In this document: positions 7,227 to 13,892 of the stretch, in pieces
Layout: every line of letters begins with the position of its first letter
How positions within the stretch are numbered: position 1 is the first letter of the stretch
NCBI GenBank assembly: GCA_042217545.1
Contig: JBDGSM010000044.1
Location: 1-13,892 of the forward strand
Origin: Candidatus Nanohalobium sp.
Lineage (GTDB): Archaea; Nanohalarchaeota; Nanosalinia; Nanosalinales; Nanosalinaceae
DNA: 13,892 nt
Direction of reading: 5' to 3'
Notes under the pieces: generated by a model
Told to the model about the DNA's origin: nothing
Databases searched by the model: none
The model's input: only the letters and a program-made list of their open reading frames with translations
Made by a program: the position numbers and the translations under genes

Positions 7227-7761
7227 GTGAGAGGGGCAGGAGGAGCACAGCAGCTTACACTTGAGATATACAAAGAGGATTACGAAGGCGATATACATAG
7301 CTCTCTTCCGCCAGCGATCTACAGAAGTCTGGAGGAAGACCAGGACGAGTACGTCGAACTTTTCGGTATTGAAGACCTAAACCGTGTTTTATTTGAGGGT
7401 GAAAGAGCTGGCTCCGGCTGCATAGTTGAAGACTTCGCTATCTCGGGCTCCAGACACGACGGTGAAATCGTTGTAGGGCAGTGCGTCTCCTGTCGAGGAA
7501 AAGAAAAAAGTTATGAAGAGAAACTGGTTGAAAGCCTTCTCTACAGTCCGAGAAACTTTCGCCCGGAAACCTATGAGCGTATGAACGGCGGATACGTTGT
7601 CGCGGTTGATGAAGCTATGGACGGCGTACGTGGGATAGAGGGAAGGGGCGGAAGACGAAATAGAAGAATACGGAGTCGCTGAAGTAGACATCTTGGTCCG
7701 TGAGATTGATAGAGAGCCAGACCTTTTCTCTGAAACTGTGGAAAACTTCTTCGCGGACTAG
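7227..7761 (+). pseudogene. Acidic hypothetical protein with an apparent +1 frameshift near 7640-7647 (pseudogene, sequencing error or recoding)
   Basis: The 7227 frame turns Arg/Gly-rich after 7640. The +1 frame reads EGAEDEIEEYGVAEVDILVREIDREPDLFSETVENFFAD* and its TAG (7759-7761) overlaps the convergent sufC stop. Promoter-like GAAAAATTCTATAAA at about 7190-7204. Confidence 0.65.
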
Positions 7762-8513
7762 GCCTGAGCCTGTTCCTTCGCCCAGTCGTAGCCCTCGTTC
7801 TCAAGCTTCTCGGCAAGCTCCTGGCCGCCGGACTCAACTATCTTCCCGTCCACCATAACATGGACACGGTCCGGCTCAACATAGTCCAGGATCCTCTGAT
7901 AATGTGTGATCATCAAAATTCCCTGGTCCTCGGAGGCAAGCTGGTTAATGCCCTTCGCCACAACCTTCAAAGCATCAATATCAAGGCCTGAATCGATCTC
8001 ATCCAGTATAGCGTACTTGGGTTGAAGCACAGCCATCTGAAGTATCTCGTTCCGCTTCTTCTCACCGCCGGAGAACCCCTCGTTCAGGTAACGCCTGGCG
8101 TAGTCCTCCTCCATATCAAGGAGGTCAAGCTTCTCTCGCAGAAGCTCATTGAATTCGCTCTGAGGCATTGCTTCCTCACCTTCCTCTTCTCTGCGAGCAT
8201 CGATCGCCTCCTTCAAAAACTCGGCAACAGTGATGCCGGAGATCTCCGCAGGATACTGGAAACCGAGGAAAAGGCCTTCCCTGGCACGTTCATCTGTCTC
8301 CTCGTCGGTCACGTCCTCTCCGTCCACAAGAATCTTCCCGCCATCTATACTGTACTCGGGGTTGCCCATCAGGGCCTTACAGAGCGTGGATTTTCCTGAA
8401 CCGTTCGGACCCATGATCGCGTGGATCTCTCCTGGTTCAATATCCAGGGAAACACCTCTTACAATGTCCTCGTCCTCAACGGATACCTCCAAGTTTTCAA
8501 CTTCTAAAGTCAT
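7758..8513 (-). CDS. sufC: Fe-S cluster assembly ATPase SufC
   Basis: Walker A 'GPNGSGKST', 'GLFLGFQYPAEISG', signature 'RYLNEGFSGGEKKRNEILQ', Walker B 'ILDEIDSGLDIDAL', and 'ITHYQRILDYVEPDRVHVM'. Confidence 0.97.
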   Translation of the reverse strand: MTLEVENLEVSVEDEDIVRGVSLDIEPGEIHAIMGPNGSGKSTLCKALMGNPEYSIDGGKILVDGEDVTDEETDERAREGLFLGFQYPAEISGITVAEFLKEAIDARREEEGEEAMPQSEFNELLREKLDLLDMEEDYARRYLNEGFSGGEKKRNEILQMAVLQPKYAILDEIDSGLDIDALKVVAKGINQLASEDQGILMITHYQRILDYVEPDRVHVMVDGKIVESGGQELAEKLENEGYDWAKEQAQA

Positions 8514-8637
8514 GAGAATTAGGTAGGCCTAAAACTTCTTAAGAACCCGGCCGGGGCAGGTAGAAGACTTCAAAGGCCCGACTTGGTAAACGGATAAAAA
8601 GTTATCTGGACGGATGTATAACCCCGGTGAACACATA

Positions 8638-8895
8638 ATGTCGGTATTTGAATACGAAGAAGCAGTTGAAAGTCTCCTGAAGGAGGTTAACGGATACGGC
8701 TTCTCCTGGAGCCTTGAAGCGGACCGTGAAAATATCAGGGAAGACGAAAACTTCCTCTACCTCGAACTGGAGTCCTCAGAGGATATATGGGATCAGTTCC
8801 AGGAACTTGGAAACTACCTGGATGCAAGAAGCACAGGACAGGTCAATAATGGAGAAAGTTACGTCCTATCGGTCGAAAAAGAACGATTCCAGTGA
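8638..8895 (+). CDS. Small acidic hypothetical protein (about 85 aa)
   Basis: Composition matches the acidic proteome. SD-like GGTGA (8626-8630) precedes ATG 8638, in frame with the 8614..8895 ORF. Confidence 0.65.
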   Translation: MSVFEYEEAVESLLKEVNGYGFSWSLEADRENIREDENFLYLELESSEDIWDQFQELGNYLDARSTGQVNNGESYVLSVEKERFQ

Positions 8896-8901
8896 AGAGA
8901 C

Positions 8902-9525
8902 TTACTTCTCTCCCCGCATCTCCGCCCTGAAACGCTCAACGAAATCCTTCACGTAGCTATGCCTTTTCTCCGCAACTTCAAGGCCTGAATCAGTGTACAC
9001 CCTGCTCTTGAGGTTCAGGATCTTCTTCTGCAGATGGTTGAACGAGTTGCTGCCGCCAGCTTCTTCATCCTGTTCCGCAGGAAGTTCTAGATCGGCGATA
9101 ACTCTTCCATGCTCGCCTCCGTAGCTGAAAGTCCTTGCAATCCCCGTGGCCCCCAGAGCGTCAAGATTATCAGCGTCTGAAAGAACCCTGGCTTCAAGAG
9201 TTTCCGGGTCAGGCATTTTAGAATACCTGTGGCTTCTAACACAGTGCTGAACCTTTTCGATAAACCCTTCACTGTATCCAAGGCCTTCAAGTATATCTCC
9301 TGCTTTATCAGCGCCCCACTCTGCGTGGTTCTCGATCTCGCCTTCATCTTCCTTCTTCCTGCCGATGTCATGCAGGAGAACGGAGGCCTTAACAACTTCT
9401 TTATCCGCGTCTTCTTTCTCTGCAAGTTTTTCAGCAAGGTTCTCCACTCTTCTTACATGTTTCCAGTCATGCGCAGGTTTAACATCGCCGAAGAAGCTCT
9501 TCGCCTTTTTTCTGATTTTTTCCAT
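8902..9525 (-). CDS. HD-domain phosphohydrolase (YedJ-like)
   Basis: Motifs 'AHDWKHVRRV', 'LLHDIGR', 'NHAEWGA', 'SHRYS', 'SDADNLDALGATGIARTF' and 'AEKRH'. ATG 9525 lies 2 nt after the NUDIX stop (alternative start TTG 9531). Confidence 0.92.
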   Translation of the reverse strand: MEKIRKKAKSFFGDVKPAHDWKHVRRVENLAEKLAEKEDADKEVVKASVLLHDIGRKKEDEGEIENHAEWGADKAGDILEGLGYSEGFIEKVQHCVRSHRYSKMPDPETLEARVLSDADNLDALGATGIARTFSYGGEHGRVIADLELPAEQDEEAGGSNSFNHLQKKILNLKSRVYTDSGLEVAEKRHSYVKDFVERFRAEMRGEK

Positions 9526-9527
9526 GC

Positions 9528-9971
9528 TCAACGGTAATCCCTCACCGCGTCAAGGCCTCCAATCTTATCATTTTGTACGTTCTCGATCGCATCAAGTATG
9601 AACGGAGTCCTCAGATCCATGTCTTCGATCTCATCCCTTGAGAAAAAGCCTGCGTCAAGAATCTCCTCTTCGTCTTCAGGATTCAGTTCCGGGTCACCGG
9701 AGATTTCGGAGTAGAAAACTATTACAATTACAGTCGCGTCCAGGTAGTCGCTGTCATCAAAGAAAACACCGGCCAGGCCTTTGATCTCGACTTCAAGGCC
9801 TGCTTCCTCCCATGCCTCACGTTCAGCAGCTTTTCTCGCTTCCTCTTCCTTTTCTATGCTGCCTGCGGGAACGTTCCACTGTCCCCTGACGTGCTCCTTG
9901 CCTTCCTGTACTAGAACGTACTCTCCGTCTTTCTCTATAAGGTTCCCAGCTACTAAGTGGTAGTCAGGCAT
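9528..9971 (-). CDS. NUDIX hydrolase
   Basis: Nudix box GSIEKEEEARKAAEREAWEEAGL matches G-x5-E-x7-RE-x2-EE-x-GL. Confidence 0.93.
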   Translation of the reverse strand: MPDYHLVAGNLIEKDGEYVLVQEGKEHVRGQWNVPAGSIEKEEEARKAAEREAWEEAGLEVEIKGLAGVFFDDSDYLDATVIVIVFYSEISGDPELNPEDEEEILDAGFFSRDEIEDMDLRTPFILDAIENVQNDKIGGLDAVRDYR

Positions 9972-9983
9972 TTCTGAGGCCTT

Positions 9984-10340
9984 TCAGTCTTCTTTCAGTG
10001 CTTCCTGTATGGTTTTGACGGGTAGCATGGCGCATTTGATCCTCATAGGTGAGAGGTCTACTTCGAGTTCGTCCTGCACCCAGTCGCTGTCAAGTTCTTT
10101 GACCTCCTCGACGCTCATGCCTACGAGTCTGTCGGAGAGGATGCTTGTGGATGCTGTGGAGATTGCACATCCGTCTGTTTCGTGTTTGATCTCCCTGATC
10201 TCGCCGTCCTCTACTTTGAGGTAGATGTCAGTTTCATCTCCACAGCTCGGGTTCTTTCCCTCTGTTTTTGCGTCTTCCTCATCGAGGCTTCCCTCGTTTC
10301 GAGGCCTTTTCGAGTGGTCCAGAATCTCTTCTCTATACAT
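9984..10340 (-). CDS. sufU: SufU/IscU-family (NifU-N) Fe-S scaffold or sulfur acceptor
   Basis: Motifs 'MYREEILDH', 'NPSCGD', 'DGCAISTAS' and 'RIKCAML' give three Cys plus the conserved Asp. No LPPVK motif. SD GAGGTG lies 7 nt upstream. Confidence 0.92.
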   Translation of the reverse strand: MYREEILDHSKRPRNEGSLDEEDAKTEGKNPSCGDETDIYLKVEDGEIREIKHETDGCAISTASTSILSDRLVGMSVEEVKELDSDWVQDELEVDLSPMRIKCAMLPVKTIQEALKED

Positions 10341-10343
10341 GTC

Positions 10344-10488
10344 GAAACACCTCAGTGTTTCTTAAATCCAGAAAATCTATGATTTTCGTCATCAGCCGAA
10401 AACCTCCGGTTTTCTGTGAATCTGAAAACGAAACTTCTCTTGGAGTTTCTTGCAGGAAATCCTAGGGATTTCCGAATCTTCGAGTTTC
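10344..10488. repeat. Array of 5-6 short GAAA..TTTC palindromic hairpins (REP-like)
   Basis: GAAACAC-ctca-GTGTTTC (10344-61), GAAAATC-tat-GATTTTC (10371-87), GAAAACC-tcc-GGTTTTC (10398-414), GAAACTTC-tctt-GGAGTTTC (10430-49), GGAAATCC-tag-GGATTTCC (10455-73), plus a degenerate copy (10474-88). Confidence 0.85.
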
Positions 10489-10494
10489 TTCATC

Positions 10495-11691
10495 CTAGAA
10501 AACCTCCTTAACCTTCTTTACCGCGTCCAAAAATTCTTTGACTTCTTCTTCGGTGTTGTAGAAGTATGGTGATGCCCTGACTGTTCCCGCTAGGTCGAGT
10601 TCCTGGTGCTGTGGCTGTGCGCAGTGGTGTCCTGCACGGACTGCGACTGCTTCTGTGTTGAGGACTTCTGCGACGTCGTGTGGGTGTGCTTCCTCCATGG
10701 TGAATGAGACGACGGAGGGTGTTTCGTCTTCCGGTGCGTGGATCTCGACGCCTGAGATCTCTTTGAGGCCTTCGATAATCATCTTGTTGAGCTTTCGTTC
10801 GTGCTGGTCGATGCCTGCAAGGCCTATGGACTGCAGGTACTCGGCTGCCTTCGCTAATCCGACCGCTCCCGCTATGTTGGGTGTGCCGGCTTCGAACCTG
10901 TCTGGTACTTCCCCGTATTTTACTTCGTCTTCCTCTACTGTTTCGATCATTCCGCCTCCTACCAGGAAGGGATCCATGTCTTCAAGCAGTTCTTTTTTGC
11001 CGTACAATGCTCCGGTTCCGGTCGGTCCGCACATCTTGTGGCCTGAGAAGCCCAGGAAGTCGATATCCGCCTCCTTGACATCTACAGGGACTCTCGGAAC
11101 GCTCTGAGCTCCGTCTACAAAGATGTAAGCGTCGTTTTCATGTGCGATCTCGGCGAGTTCTTCGACAGGGTTCCTGCATCCGAACACGTTGGAGATATGA
11201 GTAACTGAAACCAGCGCTGTATCCTCATCTATTATCTCTCTCACGGCATCCATGTCAAGCTCTCCCTCCTCTGTAGGAAGGAATTCAAGTTCAAGGCCTT
11301 CCCTTTTCGCTTTCTCTCGCCATGGAAGCTGCTCTGAGTGGTGGCTCATCTTCGGTACTGCGATCTTCCCGTCCAGGTCAAGGCCCTGTGCCACTACGTT
11401 TATGGATTCTGTCGTATTTCTGGTGAATATTATCTCGTCTTTCTCTGCCCCGACAAAGTCCGCTACTGTCGCTCTTGCGTTCTCGTAGGCGACCGTGGCT
11501 TTGTTCGCGAGTTTGTGAAGGCTTCTTCCCTCGTTGGAGTTTTCCTCTCTGTAAAATTTCTGGATTCTTTCGACTACCTGCTCAGGTGTGTGGGTGGTCG
11601 CTGCGTTGTCGAAGTATACTATCTGTTTTCCTTCAGACTTTTGCTTGAGGACTGGAAAGTCCTTCCTGTAGTTCTCCGGGTTAAGGCTCAT
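10495..11691 (-). CDS. sufS: Group II cysteine desulfurase SufS
   Basis: Motifs 'YFDNAATT', 'DGAQSVP', PLP-lysine 'FSGHKMCGPTG', 'FEAGTPNIAG', group II catalytic 'RAGHHCAQP' and 'RASPYFYNT'. SD GAGGAG upstream. Confidence 0.96.
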   Translation of the reverse strand: MSLNPENYRKDFPVLKQKSEGKQIVYFDNAATTHTPEQVVERIQKFYREENSNEGRSLHKLANKATVAYENARATVADFVGAEKDEIIFTRNTTESINVVAQGLDLDGKIAVPKMSHHSEQLPWREKAKREGLELEFLPTEEGELDMDAVREIIDEDTALVSVTHISNVFGCRNPVEELAEIAHENDAYIFVDGAQSVPRVPVDVKEADIDFLGFSGHKMCGPTGTGALYGKKELLEDMDPFLVGGGMIETVEEDEVKYGEVPDRFEAGTPNIAGAVGLAKAAEYLQSIGLAGIDQHERKLNKMIIEGLKEISGVEIHAPEDETPSVVSFTMEEAHPHDVAEVLNTEAVAVRAGHHCAQPQHQELDLAGTVRASPYFYNTEEEVKEFLDAVKKVKEVF

Positions 11692-11728
11692 AGAAAAATC
11701 CTCCTCTGTGAAAGTTTTGAACCCACTG

Positions 11729-11754
11729 CTTTTAAGGTAACCTCAAGGTCACCT
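11729..11754 (-). promoter_or_regulatory. Putative sufS promoter (TATA) with adjacent inverted repeat
   Basis: Minus strand reads AGGTGACC-ttga-GGTTACCT running into TTAAAAG about 40 nt upstream of the ATG. A T7 run (11770-11776, minus strand) downstream of MATE may terminate MATE. Confidence 0.4.
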
Positions 11755-11803
11755 GCACGACAGTACAAGAAAAAAGGGAATGAAAGGCCTCTGGACTGAG
11801 GTC

Positions 11804-13336
11804 CTAGGGCGTGATGTTTTTTACGAGGTTGAAAGGGTTCAGGAGTTTTTTCTTGATATTTTTTCCTGTATGGTCGCTGATTGTGCTTTCGAAGTCGTCT
11901 GCTTCCTCTGCTACTTCGCCCTGATTTCTCTTTTCCTCGTCCACGATTGATTCCTTCCAGGTTCCTCTGCGGTACCAGAGCCATGCTATCAGGCCTCCTA
12001 TCAGGTTGGAGGCTGCGAAGGCAATCCATACTGCTTCTGGACCGTTGTCTATGAAGACTGTTGAGCCTATGTAGGCTATTGGGAGTCTTACAAGGGCGAG
12101 TGCTGTGATGCTGATTGCTGCTGCAGTCATGGTGTTCCCTGCTCCCCTGAAGCTTCCTGTGTAGGCTCTCAGCACACCCATGAATCCAAAGGTTAGTGAT
12201 ACCCACCTTAGGAAGTCGGCTGCGACTGAGACAACTGCAGGATTGGTCGAGAATATTCCTGCGATCGGTGCTGCGAATATGAATGTTATTATGCCGATCA
12301 ATGTCAGGATTCCGAACATGTACTTGGCTGCGAGGTTTGCAGCTTCTTCTGCACGTTCTGGCTTTCCTGCTCCCAGGTTCTGCCCTGTCATTGTGGAGAC
12401 GGCCCATCCTCCGGCGATCGCTGGCAGGAAGATCAGTGAGAACATTCTTACCCCAATGCCGTAGCCTGAGACCACTTTTGTGCCGAAAAGATTTCCTACG
12501 ACAGCTACCAGTAAATTGACTGATACTGAACGGCCTACCCCGCCAAGGGTAGCGGGTGCTGCGATACCCATCATCCTCTTCAGGAATGAGAAGTCGGGAA
12601 CCATGTTCTCCAGTCGGATCTTTATACCCCTCTTACCGGTAAATAGTACGTAGAGGCCTGCTGCTAGGGCGAGTGCTCGTGAAAAGATCGTTGCTATCGC
12701 TGCTCCCGCTACTCCCATCTGTGGGAACATCGCCCATCCGTTGATCAGGAATGGGTCGAGCGCTATGTTCAGGATAACTGTGCCCAGCATAATCAGCATC
12801 GGAGTTACTACATCTCCGTATCCGCGCATTAATGACATGAAGACAGCGAATCCGAACATGAAGAACAGGCCTAGTGATATTATCTGCATGTAGCTTGTTG
12901 CGGAAGCTGCTACTGCTGCCTTTGCCCCGAAGAGGTCAACTATGTTTGGCATGACAAAGTAACCGATAGCTCCGAGAATTATCGACGCTATTAGGCTGAA
13001 AGTAATTGTCTGTGAGGCTGCGTAATCTCTTTCTTTCCCTTTTCCCGAGCCCTCGAACTGGGATACAAGCACGTTTCCGGCCACTGATAGGCCCATCCCG
13101 AGCGAGATCAGGAAGAACACCAGAGGGAATGCAAAGCTGATCGCTGCCAGCGCTTCCTTGGAGAACTGCCCCAGCCAGAACGTATCTCCAAGGTTGTACG
13201 CTGTCTGTAACAGATTGATCAGTACGATGGGGATAGCAAGGTATAGAAGATTTTCAGCAACCGGTCCTCCGGTGAGATCCAGATCCTCCTTTCCGCGGAA
13301 AAGGCCCTGGACACGCTCCACAATTTTGTTTATCAT
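11804..13336 (-). CDS. MATE family efflux transporter
   Basis: Motifs 'DLTGGPVAENLLYLAIPIVLINLLQTAYNLGDTFWLGQ', 'RGYGDVVTPM', 'NIALDPFLI', 'MGVAGAAIAT' and 'GQNLGAGKPERA'. About 12 TM segments in two halves. Confidence 0.96.
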   Translation of the reverse strand: MINKIVERVQGLFRGKEDLDLTGGPVAENLLYLAIPIVLINLLQTAYNLGDTFWLGQFSKEALAAISFAFPLVFFLISLGMGLSVAGNVLVSQFEGSGKGKERDYAASQTITFSLIASIILGAIGYFVMPNIVDLFGAKAAVAASATSYMQIISLGLFFMFGFAVFMSLMRGYGDVVTPMLIMLGTVILNIALDPFLINGWAMFPQMGVAGAAIATIFSRALALAAGLYVLFTGKRGIKIRLENMVPDFSFLKRMMGIAAPATLGGVGRSVSVNLLVAVVGNLFGTKVVSGYGIGVRMFSLIFLPAIAGGWAVSTMTGQNLGAGKPERAEEAANLAAKYMFGILTLIGIITFIFAAPIAGIFSTNPAVVSVAADFLRWVSLTFGFMGVLRAYTGSFRGAGNTMTAAAISITALALVRLPIAYIGSTVFIDNGPEAVWIAFAASNLIGGLIAWLWYRRGTWKESIVDEEKRNQGEVAEEADDFESTISDHTGKNIKKKLLNPFNLVKNITP

Positions 13337-13352
13337 ATGAATGGAGAGTCTG

Positions 13353-13401
13353 CCGAAAGTTTATAAAGGTGTTTCGAATCGAAATATTACGGACCGAAAG
13401 T
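13353..13401. promoter_or_regulatory. Divergent MATE/padR promoter region with candidate operators
   Basis: Palindromic TTTATAAA (13360-67), inverted repeat TTTCGA-A-TCGAAA (13372-84), a related TTACGGACCGAAA (13387-99), and direct repeat CCGAAAGT at 13353 and 13394. Confidence 0.5.
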
Positions 13402-13431
13402 AACTAAAGCTTTCAAGACCCCTTCTAAGTC

Positions 13432-13833
13432 ATGGGGAAGAAACTTCCCAGCGATATACTTCGCTTCATGGTACTAAAAAGTTTTCAAGACGATCCGAGC
13501 TATGGCTATGAAGTCGTCTCAACCATCGAAGAAGTCACAGATGACTACTGGAGCCCCAGCTATGGCACAATCTATCCCTTGATCCAGCGACTGGAAGAGG
13601 AAGGCCTTCTAACTGCTATAAGCTCCGAAGAGGCGGAGAGAAGAGGCCTTGATGATGGAGACCGCAAATACTTCGAACTTACAGATGAAGGTGAAGAGGA
13701 GATCTCCCCTGATGCGGATGAATCGGAGCTGAGGAAGCACTTTGAGGAGCTTATCCTTGGCTACCTGAAAATTTACCAGAACAAGTACGGGGAAGAGGCC
13801 ACAGAGGAGCTTCTGGAAGGTCTCGGAGATTAA
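13432..13833 (+). CDS. PadR family transcriptional regulator
   Basis: Motifs 'PSYGYEV', 'WSPSYGTIYPLIQRLEEEGL' and 'RKYFELTDEG'. Confidence 0.95.
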   Translation: MGKKLPSDILRFMVLKSFQDDPSYGYEVVSTIEEVTDDYWSPSYGTIYPLIQRLEEEGLLTAISSEEAERRGLDDGDRKYFELTDEGEEEISPDADESELRKHFEELILGYLKIYQNKYGEEATEELLEGLGD

Positions 13834-13836
13834 AAC

Positions 13837-13892
13837 ATGTCTCAAGCCCTTGCTGTGAAGGTTTCGGAACTGAAGAAAGTTTACGGTGAGGA
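13837..13892 (+). CDS. Probable ABC transporter ATP-binding protein, 5' fragment
   Basis: ATG lies 3 nt after the padR stop. MSQALAVKVSELKKVYGE resembles the 'I.V..L.K.YG' start of ABC ATPases. Only 18 codons are visible. Confidence 0.6.
   Translation, partial: MSQALAVKVSELKKVYGE

Noticed and set aside
6742..7759. 1-kb stretch without AGGCCT as evidence of foreign DNA
   Set aside because: With a mean spacing of about 270 bp, one gap of this size among about 50 is expected by chance, although it does cover two orphan genes.
10367..10395. Hammerhead ribozyme or C/D box from minus-strand CTGATGACGAAA
   Set aside because: No stem II between CUGAUGA and GAAA, and no proper D box (CTGGA follows). 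Better explained as part of the hairpin family.
10344..10488. CRISPR array interpretation of the periodic hairpins
   Set aside because: Units are not identical, the period (about 27 bp) is too short for repeat plus spacer, and there are no cas genes in the window.

Overview
Archaeal chromosomal segment, most consistent with a halophilic DPANN archaeon (Nanohaloarchaeota-like). This is inferred from the very acidic proteins, about 50% GC, compact gene packing, Nop5/fibrillarin, and a CCA-less tRNA. In order: a partial GT-B glycosyltransferase, a GT4 glycosyltransferase, a DUF2070 membrane protein, a DUF59/SufT-like protein, an HD phosphohydrolase, tRNA-Gly(GCC), a Myb/HTH-like ORF with N-terminally shortened nop5 and fibrillarin, two small hypotheticals (one apparently frameshifted), a stand-alone sufC, another small hypothetical, a minus-strand sufS-sufU-NUDIX-HD run, a MATE transporter, a PadR regulator and the start of a probable ABC ATPase. 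Unexplained signals: (1) the palindrome AGGCCT occurs about 51 times versus about 3-4 expected, HIP1-like; (2) a family of short GAAA..TTTC hairpins forms a roughly 27-bp-periodic array between sufS and sufU and also flanks the tRNA; (3) Nop5 lacks its fibrillarin-binding N-terminal domain and is preceded by a Myb-like ORF; (4) a GT/GT/DUF2070 cluster may act on lipids. All family calls come from motif recognition by eye; no searches were run.
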